Positions 1 to 13,569 of a stretch of 64,000 nt of DNA are shown piece by piece. The notes below the pieces were generated by a model. It had not been told where the DNA came from. It saw nothing but the letters and a program-made list of their open reading frames with translations, and did no database searches. Origin of the DNA: Nitrospirales bacterium (GTDB lineage: Bacteria > Nitrospirota > Nitrospiria > Nitrospirales > UBA8639); NCBI GenBank assembly GCA_965203295.1, contig CBDBCZ010000018.1:1536001-1600000 (forward strand), written 5' to 3'. A program made the position numbers and the translations under genes. The stretch's first letter is position 1. Each line of letters starts with the position of its first letter.

Positions 1-269
1 CATCAAAATGAAACCCTTCTTCTGATGTAGTACCTCCACAAGAAACTGCAAAACATGTACCAAGATTCCCAGTTAAGGTCATATCCAATAGCAGACAAGG
101 CCTACAAGTTAATGTACCTGACAAACATTGTCCTTGAACAGGGACAGCATCTTCCCAGGGGTTAGTGTGTGAGCTTTTGCTATTCTGGGAACCTGTGAAG
201 AAAATAGCTATAAATAATACACTTGACATTTAAATGATATATACCTACAAATAGTTTACAATCTGACAG

Positions 270-3200
270 CAACTGTACATATTTACAGTTTTTGAAGGAA
301 TTAATCACCTTTTTAATACATTCTGTGTTAGTGTATATGGACAATCATGTACATGTGTTTTACACAGTAAGTTAGACACACGTACATGCCCATACACACA
401 ACATCGCATACGAAGAGAAGGGAGAGAAATTTTTCTGTGTTGTATGATGAACTTATGTAGATGCGTTTGAATTTGGGAGCGTCTCATCTTTTCAGAGCTT
501 CTAATAAGAGACATAACCAGCATACTTCCAATACTTGTTTCATATCCTAATATTTGAGTTTCAATTTCGGGAATGATTGTACCTCTTATAAAATTTTCTG
601 ATACGATACATGCACTGCATTTTAAAAACCATTATAGGTAAAATTACTGTGTTTGACTTTGGGGAAAGTTTCGCTCTTTGTCAGCGTTTTTGACAGGACA
701 AACACACTACATTTTATAACATTTTATCCTAAATCTTTGCATTTTAATTTCGGGAACGTTTCTGCTCATTGTGCATGTTTCTGTCGAGATATATACACTT
801 TATTTTCAATACCCTTGTATGCTAAATCATTGCGTTTATACTTTGGGAACGTTTCTGCTCATTTCAAGCGTTTCTAACAAGACTATATACACAGCATTTC
901 ACTACAATTATATCATGCTGAAGCATTGTGTTTTAAATTTCGGGAACGTTTCTGCTCTTCGTAAGCATTTCTGACAAAACACATGCACTACATTTTCAAT
1001 GCCTTACTCTATCATTGTGTTTGAATTTTGGGAGCGTTGCTGCTCTTTGTAAGCGTTTGTGACAACATATATACACTGCATTAGCAATAGCATTATATGT
1101 TCAATCATTGTGTTTGAATTTTTGGGACGTTTCTACTTGTTATGAACGTTTCTGACAAGTTATATACACTGCATTTTAAATACCCTTATATGGTTTGAAA
1201 TTCAGTCACGTTGCTACTCGTTTTCAACGTTTCTGACATGATTATAATGTCCACCAAATCTTCAATAGACTTATATTATTATATATATATGCTAAATGAT
1301 TGTGGTTATATATCGGGAGCATTTCTGCTCTCCGTAAGCTATTCTGACACGGTATTAACACTGCATTTTCAATGCCATTATATGCTAACTATTGAGTTTG
1401 AATTTTGGGAGCGTTCCTGCTCGATTTTAGCGTTTGTGACAACATACATAAACCGCATTTTCAATACTTTTATAGGCTAAATTAATGTGTTTGGAATTCG
1501 GGCACGTTTCTGCTCATTTTGGACCTTTCGGAAAGCTTCTACTAGTTGTAAGCGTTTCTGATAGGACATATAAACTACATTTCGAATGCATGCGTTTTTA
1601 TGCTATGTCATTGTACTTACATTTCGGGAAGGTTTCTGCTCATTGTGAGCGTTTCTGACGACTGCATTTTCAATAATTACATAGGCTGAACCATTGTATT
1701 TGAAAATTGGGAGCATTTCTGCTATTTGTAAGCGTTCATGACAAGACACATGCATGCTGCATTTTCAAAAGTTTTGTATGCAAATTCATTGTGTTCAAAA
1801 TTCGGGAGCATTTCTGCTCTTCGTAAGCATTACTGACAATATATATATACACCGTCTTTTATATGCATGCGAAATCATTGAGCTTGAACTTCAGAAAGTT
1901 GTAGTCTTCGTGACCGTTTATGCAAGATATATACACAGCATTTTCAATTTCTTTATGTGCTAAATGATTGTTTTTGAATTTCGAAAGCATTTAGCTCTTT
2001 GTAATCATTTATAACATTCAAGGTACATGCACTGCATTTTCAATTCCTTTAATTGCAATTTCGCTATTTGGAATTTCGAGATCGTTTCTGACAAGATATA
2101 TACACTGCATTTTTAATGCCATTATATGCTAAATCATAGTGTTTGAAGTTCGGGAGCGTTTTTGCTCTTTGTAAGCGTTTCTGACCAGATATATCCACTG
2201 CACTTTCAGTAGCTTTGTATCCTAAATTAATGTGTTTGAATTTTGGGAACAGTTTAGCTCTTAGAAATTAGTAATCTTTTTCGACTAGATACTTGCACTA
2301 CATTTTCACTATTACAATTAGAGTCAACATGATTTCAGGAGCGTTTCTGCACTGCATTTTCTATGCCTGGTTATGCTAAGTCATCGTTTTTCGAATTTTG
2401 AGCACGTTTTTATTCTCTGTAAGCGTTTCTGACAAGATATACACACCGTATTTTCTATATCTTTATATCTCATGTCATTGTGTTTGAATTTTTGAAAAGT
2501 TTCTGATCTTTGTAACGTTTCTGACAAGAGATATATCCTACATTTTCAATACTTTTATGATATGCCAAATCGTTGTTTTTAAAATTTGGGCACGTTTCTG
2601 CTCCTTTTGAAAATTTCTGACAAGACATATATATATACACTGCATTTTCAATACCTTGATATAAATCATTTTTTGGGTGAGTTGCTGCTCTGCAAAAATA
2701 CGGTGTGTATGTCTTGTCAGAAACTCTTACAGAGAATAAAAACGTGCTCAAATTCGAAAAACAATGACTTAGCATAACCTGGCATAGAAAATGCAGTGTA
2801 TATTCTCATCAGAAACGCTCACAACGAGCTGAAACGCCCCTAAAATTCAAACACAATGTTTTAGTATAAACTAATGTATAAATATTCAGTTGAATAATTG
2901 AAAATGTACTTCAATCATGTATCTTGTCAAAAATGTTCACAAAGTGCTGAAACGATCCTGAAATCATGTTGGCTCTAATGGTAATAGTGAAAATGTAGTG
3001 CAAGTATCTAGTCGAAAAAGATTACTAATTTCTAAGAGCTAAACTGTTCCCAAAATTCAAACACAATGATTTAGGATACAAAGCTACTGAAAGTGCAGTG
3101 GATATATCTGGTCAGAAACGCTTACAAAGAGCAAAAACGCTCCCGAACTTCAAACACTATGATTTAGCATATAATGGCATTAAAAATGCAGTGTATATAT

Positions 3201-5037
3201 CTTGTCAGAAACGATCTCGAAATTCCAACATAGCGAAATTGCAATTAAAGGAATTGAAAATGCAGTGCATGTACCTTGAATGTTATAAATGATTACAAAG
3301 AGCTGAATGCTTTCGAAATTCAAAAACAATCATTTAGCACATTAAGAAATTGAAAATGTTGTGTATATATATCTTGCATAAACGGTCACGAAGACTACAA
3401 ACTTTCTGCAGTTCAAGCTCAATGATTTCGCATATAAAAGACGGTGTATATATATATTGTCAGTAATGCTTACTAAGAGCAGAAATGCTCCCGAATTTTG
3501 AACACAATGAAATTGCATACAAAACTTTTGAAAATGCAGCATGCATGCATGTGTCTTGTCATGAACGCTTACAAATAGCAGAAATGCTCCCAATTTTCAA
3601 ATACAATGGTTTAGCCTATGTAATTATTGAAAATGCAGTCGTCAGAAACGCTCACAATGAGCAGAAACCTTCCCGAAATGTAAGTACAATGACATAGCAT
3701 AAAAACGCATGCATTCGAAATGTAGTTTATATGTCCTATCAGAAACACTTATAAATAGTAGAAGCTTTCCGAAAGGTTCAAAATGAGCAGAAACGTGCCC
3801 GAATTCCAAACACATTAATTAAGCCTATAAAAGTATTGAAAATGCAGTTTATGTATGTTGTCACAAACGCTAATATAGAGCAGGAACGCTCCCGAAATTC
3901 AAACTCAATAGTTAGCATATAATGGCATTGAAAATGCAGTGTTAATACCTTGTCAGAATCGCTTACGGAGAGCAGAAATGCTCCCGATATATAACCACAA
4001 TCATTTAGCATAATTATATATGATAATATCAGTGTATTGAAGATTCGGTGGACATTATAATCATGTCAGAAACGTTGAAAACGAGTAGCAACGTGACTGA
4101 ATTTCAAACCATATAAGGGTATTTAAAATGCAGTGTATATAACTTGTCAGAAACGTTCATAACAAGTAGAAACGTCCCAAAAATTCAAACACAATGATTG
4201 AACATATTATAATGCTATTGCTAATGCAGTGTATATATGTTGTCACAAACGCTTACAAAGAGCAGCAACACTCCCAAAATTCAAACACAATGATATAGAG
4301 TAAGGCATTGAAAATGTAGTGCATGTGTTTTGTCAGAAATGCTTACGAAGAGCAGAAACGTTCCCGAAATTTAAAACACAATGCTTCAGTATGATATAAT
4401 TGTAGTGAAATGCTGTGTATTATAGTCTTGTTAGAAACGCTTGAAATGAGCAGAAACGTTCCCAAAGTATAAACGCAATGATTTAGCATACAAGGGTATT
4501 GAAATAAAGTGTATATATCTCGACAGAAACATGCACAATGAGCAGAAATGTTCCCGAAATTAAAATGCAAAGATTTAGGATAAAATGTTATAAAATGCAG
4601 TGTGATTGTCCTGTCAAAAACGCTGACAAAGAGCGAAACTTTTCCCAAAGTCAAACACAGTAATTTTGCCTATAATAATGGTTTTTAAAATGCAGTGCAT
4701 GTATCGTATCAGAAAGTTTTATAAGAGGTACAATCATTTCAGAAATTGAAACTCAAATATTAGGATATGAAACAAGTATTGGAAGCATGCTGGTTATGTC
4801 TCTTATCAGAAGCTCTGAAAAGATGAGACGCTCCCAAATTCAAACGCGTCTACGTAAGTTCATCATACAACACAGAAAAATTTCTCTCCCTTCTCTTCGT
4901 ATGCGATGTTGTGTGTATGGGCATGTACGTGTGTCTAACTTACTGTGTAAAACACATGTACATGATTGTCCATATACACTAACACAAAATGTATTAAAAA
5001 GGTGATTAATTCCTTCAAAAACTGTAAATATGTACAT
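270..5037. repeat. Large inverted duplication of a degenerate ~92-93-bp-unit array (arms about 270-2455 and 2693-5037, ~240-bp spacer)
   Basis: ORF 305..523(-) and 4787..5005(+) are near-identical, as are 653..877(+) and 4343..4654(-). Unit consensus aaacacaatgatttagcatata..attgaaaatgcagtgtatatatcttgtcagaaacgcttacaaagagcagaaacgctcccgaaattc recurs with ~93-bp spacing (gtcag at 3111 and 3204). Confidence 0.9.
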
Positions 5038-5799
5038 GCGAGAACTCGAAACTGCATGTAGCTCGCGAAGGGCTAGCTACACCAGACTGCGCTTATATCT
5101 ACCTTTCAACCGCAGTTACGATGTCTGAAAAGTTGGAGTTCGCCCATTGCCGATGTCGAATGCCAGAGACAGTGCTGGAAAAATTATGCCCTCAGTGACA
5201 AGATGAGATGTGCCGTGACAGAGAAGTCCAGTGATCATGCAACCAAAACAGCACCAGCAACCCCACTCAGTGGCGCATGAATATAGTAATTCTGTTCAAG
5301 ACGAGCAGAAAATCGTAGGTGAGGGGTGGGAGTCTGAATTCGGTGGACTGGACTGGACTGGACTGGACTGGACTACTGGAATGGAATACTGGAATGGAAT
5401 ACTGGTCCAGAAATAGGCGGTGTTGTGGCATGCTCGTTAGTGATCGTGCCGGTTAGTGAAATATGAATAATGCAACGTTAGCGGACCTGCCAAATGTCAT
5501 AATCGTTGTAGTTACGTACGTGAACGTCCGTATTCGCGATTCATTAACGAGCACAGAAACTCGGAAGTTTGTGGGCCGTGCTGGTTTATGAAACCTGAGG
5601 CAAGAGCTAGATGGCTGTAAGTTCACTACGTGTATATGACTATGCGACTCAGCACTTGTCCAGGTATTAAAAACACACTGTAGGTGCGCAGAAACGGGCT
5701 CATAGGCTACATCATTTCTGCCATGGAAGATTAGCTAGCGGGCTATAGTCGCGACCTAGACAGCAATAGTATATTTCTGCCAGTTAGTGAGTCAAAATG

Positions 5800-6630
5800 G
5801 GTCTTTAAGTGTCCATCATACCGAAGTTTAAACTTGTTATCTATAGTGAAAGTCATGATTTTATAGCCGTGGAGTCTTTATAGTGTCCATCGGCTGTTTT
5901 ATTGTTTACATTGTCTTTCCACTACCTGGCATGGCAGTTTACCCCCATGCCGATTAGTGAAAGTCATAGTTTTATAGCCGTGGGGACCTTAAAGTATCCA
6001 ACGGCTGTTCAATATCATCTACATTGTCCTTCCACTAACTGGCATGGCAGATTTCCACCATGCCGGTTAGTGAAATTTTATAGTCATGGGGTCCTTAAAG
6101 TGTCCATTGGCTGTTGGAATATCACTTGCATTGTCCTTCCACTAACGGGCATGGCAGATTTCCACCATGCCGGTTAGTGAAAGTCATAATTTTATAGTCG
6201 TGGGGTCCTTAAAGTGTCCTTCGGCTGTTGGAATATCACTTGCATTGTCCTTCCACTAACTGGCATGGTAGATTACCCCCATGCCGGTTAGTGAAAGTCA
6301 TAATTTTATAGCCGTGGAGTCGATAAAGTGTCCTTCGGCTGTTGAAATATCATTTACAATGTCCTTCCACTAATTGGCATGGCAGATTTCCACCATGCTG
6401 GTTAGTAAAAGTCATAATTTTATAGCCGTGGAGTCGATAAAGTGTCCTTCGGCTGTTGAAATATCATTTACAATGTCCTTCCACTAATTGGCATGGCAGA
6501 TTACCCCCATTCCGGTTAGTGAAAGTCATAATATTATAGCCGTGGGGTCCTTAAAGTGTCCTTCGGCTGTTGAAATATCATCTACATAGTTCTTCCACTA
6601 ACTGACATGGCAGTTTACACCCATGCTGGG
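5800..6630. repeat. Tandem array, ~114-bp unit, ~7 copies
   Basis: Recurring ttatag(c/t)cgtgg...aagtgtcc..cggctgttg...ccttccactaa..ggcatggcag...catgccggttagtgaaagtca at 6192, 6306 and 6420. Confidence 0.9.
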
Positions 6631-6862
6631 TCTTTTAGCTGTAGAAATGATTATTATTTACATACCCAGGTGGGTAGTGAGATCATTTAAGCATCCACTA
6701 GCCAATCTGATATCATGTATTCATGGTCCTTTGTAGTTGTGTCACTAGTATTATTATTGGTATAATAATATCCAACAGTAATAATAAAACCAGTAATGTA
6801 CAAAATACTACATTGCATTTTAAATTACTATTCAATATCTTCTTCCTGTGATATTGACTTCT

Positions 6863-9290
6863 TCAGTTCATGGATCGGCTTATATAATTCTGCTTGGCCA
6901 AACTGTACTCAATGTTAAACGCAACACTGATGATTGTGACCATCGCCTGCAAGAAGTGTACAAGGGCACATTTTAAAGGCTTATACATTTCCAAAGTCAT
7001 GCAGGTGTTTCTGACCTCTGGCCAGAGAATTTCACGAGCAACTCGTGCTGCAGGGTGCTGGATTCCTGGGTCTTCTTTCTTTGCATGTTCAGCAATGGTT
7101 GTCAAGAAATATAAAATTTCCATTACCTGTATCTTAAGTAGTTGATGTGTTGATCTGCATGATTGTAACATTTATATTTCAGTAGTATTTTCTTACAATC
7201 ATAGGATGTGTACATGTAAGTGGCCAAGTATCTGCTGGAGTGGCTCTTTCCTTCAGGGTGGGTACAGTTTCCAAGTTTTCCCCAAACTCACTCTGCCCAG
7301 GATGCGCTGCAACACGTAACAACCACCCCTACAGCAAATACATCGCTTTTGTTTATGCTTCATTAATTATTGCTTTTCCTAACCATTATTATTGTGTACA
7401 TGCATGTGTCAACAAACCTCCGCCTCTTTCAGAGCCAAATGTATCACAGTTCTTGCTATCTCTAGACATCCATCTCTGTAAGTGACATTGCATACAATTA
7501 TGGTTGTTTTGAGTACATGTAGGCGTATATTGCATGCTCACCTCATCGGAGGTCCATGTCTAGAATAGAGCAAACCTCTAATGGTTTGTATATAAAGTTG
7601 TTCATTTGTTACATATCTAAACAAGGATTCCTCCTGTGGGACAGTGCGCTCCAAGAAGGAAGGCACCAGGATCTGGATATCTCCTAGCCATGCAGTCATG
7701 AGTAATAAAGGGCACACTGAGTAAATGTGAATTCATGTACAAGCACAGCAAAGAAGATTCTGGCTGAAGTCTAGCTTACCATATATCTCATCATCTTCTG
7801 TACTAGAGGTTTCAGTGGATGCATCAGATGCATCCGGTGAGTCTGAAATGAAATATTACTCAAAGTTAGTAAATCAAGGCCTGTATGATCATGAGGTAAA
7901 GTTTACTTACCAGTTGGTTTTCTTTTGTGATGTTTCTGTCCAAAAAAAGCAACATGACCCTGTTATTGTTCAAAATCAATGTGGTCTTAATGTGTTATTA
8001 GAGACATACCTTTGGAGTACAGAGTTTTATGTTTAACGTACTATCAAAATCCAGTGAGCTCCCACATTCACTGGGATAATCAGCTTCTTAAGTTTCATCA
8101 CCTTCTCCTGTGATTTGCACATCATTATGACATCTAGTCAGAATTGTACGTATACAGTAAAATTAGGTCAATACCTTGATGTAGTTCATGCACTTTTTCT
8201 CTGATTCTTTGTGTCCTGCCTTCCATCTCATTAGTGCTTCATAAAATAAAGTTGTGACACACAGCACCCGCTTACAAGGGCGTTTTGTGATTGGTAGCTG
8301 AATGAATGTGCATAAAAAGCTTCTTAATAATACGTATATGTACTTGCTGGTTAGGTAGACAATAAATGTTTCACATACAATACCTTCATTATTCGTTTCT
8401 CTTCCTCTGCATTCAGAATCATCATGTAGAAATTTATCACCTGAGTGGTATGAGCATGCTCTAGTTAGCATGCTTTTTATGTTACTGATACTTATATACC
8501 TGATCATTAAGCCACTGGCCATAGGCAATATTCCGGAGATCATCTGCACAAACTGCCAAAGTTCCTAGAGTAAGCACTGCGGTCGATGAATGAATACCTG
8601 TATTGAGTAGGGAGTCACATAATATTCATTATGTGTACTCTGATAATATGACTGTAACAATACCGTCTTTTTCCAGTGGCGAGTGCGGCATATTGTCATT
8701 GTCCTCGCTGGAACAATTAGGGATTAAGCAAAATATAAGGATAAAGTCAAGATGACCAACATTGTCGACTATATACATACCTATTATTGGGTGATTGTGA
8801 TGAGTCCATCCCACTACCATCAGTGGAAGTGTTGTGGTTCACAACTGTTGGCCTATACCATCAGAAATGATAATTATAGGTGAACATTTCTTAGTGTATA
8901 CACTATCTCTTAGATGAATGCATGCTACCCATGAAACGTACACATTTTTTTGCACAACACCACAGGTTTTCATGTGTGAGTTGATGAGTCGCATCGGATA
9001 GTGGACCTGACAGTTATGACACCGAATATCCCAAACTAAAGAACAGTCCAGCAATTGGTCCTGCTGAATAATACATGAACAGATGATCAAAAAGGAATAT
9101 TATCACTTGTTTCAAATTCTGTAATACCTCAATGCTAAGATTCCCTAGGTTTTGATGTGATGGTGACTGTACATTTGGCAAACATTCTCGACACGATAAA
9201 TCACGTTCAGTTTTTGATGTTATTGCCACACTTCCATCTGTAACAAATGAAGAGTGAATTGTACAGCATGCAAAAAGCACTGATAATAGC
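6863..9290 (-). pseudogene. Decayed multi-exon gene, possibly a transposon accessory protein (UBZ-like zinc finger; SAMD3/CACTA-accessory-like C-terminus)
   Basis: GT/AG-bounded exon-like pieces, including CHNCQVHYPMRLINSHMKTC (C-x2-C-x11-H-x3-C) near 8960-9020 and AMVTIISVAFNIEY near 6900-6947. Stops and frameshifts are present. Confidence 0.3.
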
Positions 9291-9884
9291 CGTTATTCTC
9301 ACTCATTGTGGTAGCCCCTTGCGTCTCTTTAGTGAATGTTTTGATTCTTTTTCTAGGTGGTGTAACTATATGTAGAAAGATATGAAAAATTGAATGACAA
9401 CATATGTATCTTTAAAAAGTGATGCATGGTGGCATGCCTTCAGAATCACTGTCTCTATTGTGAGGTACTGTATCCAAGAAAGCTGTTCCTTCCATGTCTG
9501 TAGTTGGAAAAAGAATTCAGTTCCTCAACAGATGTATTGGTTGTAGAAACCAATTCCATTGACTGACCTGTGCTTAATTGCGCTCTTGGTTCATTGTCAT
9601 AATCATAATCTTGCACATTGATTGAGCTCTGTTATAGACATGTACACAGTAGTAGTTAAATAGAAGCTCTAGTGTAGGTTTAAAAATGTACTTACGGGTT
9701 CTTTTACTTTAGCTGTCTCTATTGATGTCTTCAAATGTGGGTGATTGCTAAGAATGCCTATTTGGAGCAAAATAAAAAAGCAGTAAATATACAATACATA
9801 CACATTGATAGACCTGTACTGAATACAGGCCCACGTACTCAAGTTATTAGCGCTCACTCTTTATACCTGCATGTAAATGAGCCA

Positions 9885-10740
9885 GCATATAAGGGCAAGG
9901 TAACCAGTATAACCAAATACAGTGACACAGAGAGGAGCACTACGGGATGCATCATGCAATGTACAGTATATGAGGTAAGTAGGTTGCCAACAGGACATCC
10001 TGCCTACCTCCAAGAATGTAGTTAAACTGTACAGGAAATTTAAGTAATCAACAAAATAGTGTGAAAACAGGAGAATGACATAACTGGAATTCTAGAAAAC
10101 TGGGCCAGGCTCTTCCTGTGCATAACTCAACTAAGTAAGGACAAGGTAACCAGTATATTAACCAAATACAGTGACACAGAGAGGAGCACTACGGGATGCA
10201 TCATGCAATGTACAGTATGAGGTAAGTAGGTTGCTAACAGGACATCCTGCCTACCTCCAAGAATGTAGTTAAACTGTACAGGAAATTTAAGTAATCAACA
10301 AAATAGTGTGAAAACAGGAGAATGACATAACTGGAATTCTAGAAAACTGGGCCAGGCTCTTCCTGTGCATAACTCAACTAAGTAAGGACAAGGTAACCAG
10401 TATATTAACCAAATACAGTGACACAGAGAGGAGCACTACGGGATGCATCATGCAATGTACAGTATGAGGTAAGTAGGTTGCTAACAGGACATCCTGCCTA
10501 CCTCCAAGAATGTAGTTAAACTGTACAGGAAATTTTAAGTAATCAATTAAAAAAGTGTGAAAACAGGAGATTGACATAACTAGAATTCTAAAAAAGCTAG
10601 GGCAGGTTCTTCCTATGCATAACTCAACTAAATAAGGGCATGGCAACCAAATACAGTGACACAGAGAGGAGCACCATCATACAGTATGCAGTATGAGGTA
10701 AGGGGGTTGCTAACAGAACATCCTACCACCTCCAAGGATG
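9885..10740. repeat. Tandem repeat, ~246-bp unit, ~3.4 copies
   Basis: ggtaaccagtata...cagtgacacagagaggagcac at about 9899, 10145 and 10392, plus a partial diverged copy at ~10645. Confidence 0.9.
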
Positions 10741-11727
10741 TGATTACAGAGTTCCTATTACGGTAATTATGTGGCTTCATCACAATTGTGGTTTTATAGC
10801 AGCTGCAGCTTGGAGGGTTGAGCCACTTTGTGCATAATAGTGGAGGCGGGGCTGTGTATTACTGCCGATCTGATATGTATAGTACTGCATGCTATAATTG
10901 TAAATTATTTTATACTCCATGTGCTGGGACAACACTATTGCGGGAATGAGCAATGTGCATAATTTGTGTGCACTCGGGCTGAGGTTTAAAGGACTTCATG
11001 GTGGCAAATTAATACTATTTCTGATGCCATCAGAAAACATAATTTAAATCTGAATTAATGATTTTTGTTTCTTCCATCCCTTCAACCACCCACCACCAAA
11101 AAAATATGTTTCTTGGTGTAAAGATACAATATTAAACTTGATTATGTTTTAGGAATGACAAGCAAAAGGTGAAATGATCTGCAGCCATTAGGATTGTAAC
11201 GAGGTAGCCTGGTAGTAGTACAACACTGCATGAGAGGGCCTGAGAGGGGAAGGAGTGATAGATAACACCACATTTAAATCTCTTTCCCATGTAGCTAGAA
11301 TTCTTGAGATCTTTCCGTTTCCAGGGGATTGGAATGTATCTTAGTCCCCAGGACTCTGACACAGTCTAGGCACGAGTCCACATACACTATCTATGATGAG
11401 ACTTTATACATTCAGCTAGAAATGGTGGGGATTAGAGTTATTCTGCATGTCCACTAATGTATCTCCCTGGACTCACCACACTTTTAGCCATTTAAGCTCT
11501 TCTGTATCTCAGCGAATCCGCTCACTTTCAGTACAGTATCTAAATACCGAATCGCTGCTGTTGCGTGATTTCAGCATAGATAAAAATACCTCAGACGCAC
11601 GCAAAGGCAGCGGTTCGCACGCTATTCCGTACCGTCTCAAGACTACGCCCATGATCCCGCACACACGTGCAGCATTTAATTTATAGGGTTATCTCATTCC
11701 ACTAACCGGCACGATCACTAACCGGCA

Positions 11728-12628
11728 TAGTCTGGATCAGACCCTCCACTCTCAAGGGAAAGCGTAGGAAAATTAGGGAAAGGTAAGAGGAAGGAGGGTC
11801 TGGGGAATAACTATAGGCGGAAATGGACCCGTGTAATGTGAACGGAAGCTATTATTACACCGCGTGAAGTTTAGTGGGCTTCATTGTTAATTGTGTCATA
11901 GGTCATACTTAGTACTTCAGACTAATAATATACCCGTATAGCTGCAGTGAGCCTCGTCTATCACGAGCCCAACTAGGCCGAGGTAAGAAGCATCTCGCGC
12001 CACTAAGGATTTCGCAGGATTGACTCAGGGCTGATATATACAAGCTGACACTGGCCGGTTCGCACATAATTGTACACGGCATCGATATCCTGTTGCAGCT
12101 CTCCAACAAACTCAGCAGCTCCCGCTGGTCTGTCACAAGTGCCGTTAATGGCGACACACACAACTATGGACTTGTGAGTGGCGGCTCGCAGACGGTCGAA
12201 CACTAGTGGCCGTAGCTAACGCGTAGCAAAAGACTTCCCGTAGCCGGTGGGAAGAGCTACAAATACGCCCCTGCCGCTAACAAAGCTTCTAATGGCTTGG
12301 CTCTTCTCCTTCTTAAGCTCCTCCACACCAACCAAAGACATCGAATCTGTAGGTAGCCGCACTGATACTTATTTCTGAGGAGGCAGCCATGACGGTTTAG
12401 CTAAATAATGAGATTCACAACTTCGCACATACTTGACGGGGCGTATTTTCCCTCATCAACACTCACGGCGGCATTCCAATGTTTGGTCCACTTCCGCCCA
12501 TAGTTATTCCCTAGACCCTCCTTCCTCTTACCTTTCCCTAATTTTCCTACGCTTTCCCTTGAGAGTGGAGGGTCTGATCCCTAATTTCTAACGCTTTCCC
12601 TTGAGAGTGGAGGGTCTGATCCAGACTA
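11728..12628 (-). mobile_element. Non-autonomous AcademH deletion derivative with RecQ remnant
   Basis: Termini TAGTCTGGATCAGACCCTCC...GGAGGGTCTGATCCAGACTA with ~100-bp TIRs; the right TIR has an internal ~41-bp duplication. Flanks do not form a TSD. Confidence 0.8.
11950..12390 (-). pseudogene. RecQ-like helicase N-terminal fragment (frameshifted)
   Basis: Reads VALPTGYGKSFC...FDRLR...SIVVCVSPLTALVTDQR...EFVGE...QLVYISPESILRN across frames, collinear with the intact RecQ at 56190. Confidence 0.8.
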
Positions 12629-13569
12629 GGGCTAGGTGGGATGCAAAGGGGTGTGGCCCCCCTTTTTTATTTTATTTCACAATACAATTTTATGACACGT
12701 ACATGCATGCCTAAAAAGCAGCACACAGTTTGCAACATGGACAATACATAGTATGTATTGTCCATGGTTTGCAATGTTTTGCACCCACATTCGGGTGCTG
12801 AACCTCAATGAGTTGCCGAGGCACTCTAACTGCAACCTACTGAAGTTCAGCACCCGGACTTGCAATCACTTGTCTAACTGCAACGTAAGCTTATGTAGCG
12901 CGTCAGTACGTATAAATAGGGACGATCTAGCTAAGCTGTCCAGGTTTACCAACATTGTATTGTTAGGGGTTAGGGTCGGGGTTAGTGTTAAAAGGACGTT
13001 TACATGCCCCGCAACTTTAAATTTTGCGTAAAATCTGTATTTTCTACAACGCTTCAGAAAGTCTATTGCCCGATGAAGTAAGACTATACTTCCAATGTGA
13101 TTACTCAATTGTTGTTTGATCATTTTCATATTTTCATACTCTGAAAAAAAAGGTTTTTTCCAATCAAGATGAAAGCCTTAATTCCAACCTCCCCACTACG
13201 TAGGTCACAGGAACCTTCCTACCTAGTTAATTATAGGCATACTTACTATACACTCACACAGCTAAATAATTACTAATACAATCCATAATTTGTGATCATT
13301 ATAATAAAAGAGAGAATTGTACACTCAGTGACAAACATGTATAATACATGTAATGATGTGCACATGAAGACATTACAACAATTGCCAGTTCAGTTTCCTA
13401 ATAATTTTGCCATTGCACTTGCTTACTTTTTCTTTGCTATATCTGGCCTAAAGGAAAGAAATACATTTATCCATCAATGCTAAAATAATATCATGACAAT
13501 GAGGTATATACATAGGAATATTTTAATGCTGCAGATTTCCACGTTTCACTTTTATTAACTGGGTGTGTA

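Larger units (their letters stand above)
5322..11727. mobile_element. Probable degraded DNA transposon; right end cut by an Academ derivative
   Basis: gttagtgatcgtgccggttagtg (5436-5458) is the inverted repeat of cactaaccggcacgatcactaac (11700-11722). A (ggact)n/(ggaat)n run lies at 5345-5405. The internal 114-bp array carries the same catgccggttagtg motif. No TSD found. Confidence 0.4.

Noticed and set aside
530..4850. ~93-bp array as a CRISPR array or a C2H2 zinc-finger gene
   Set aside because: Whole units are homologous with no unique spacers and no cas genes. The period is not 84 bp, there is no C-x2-C..H..H pattern, and frames are broken by indels.
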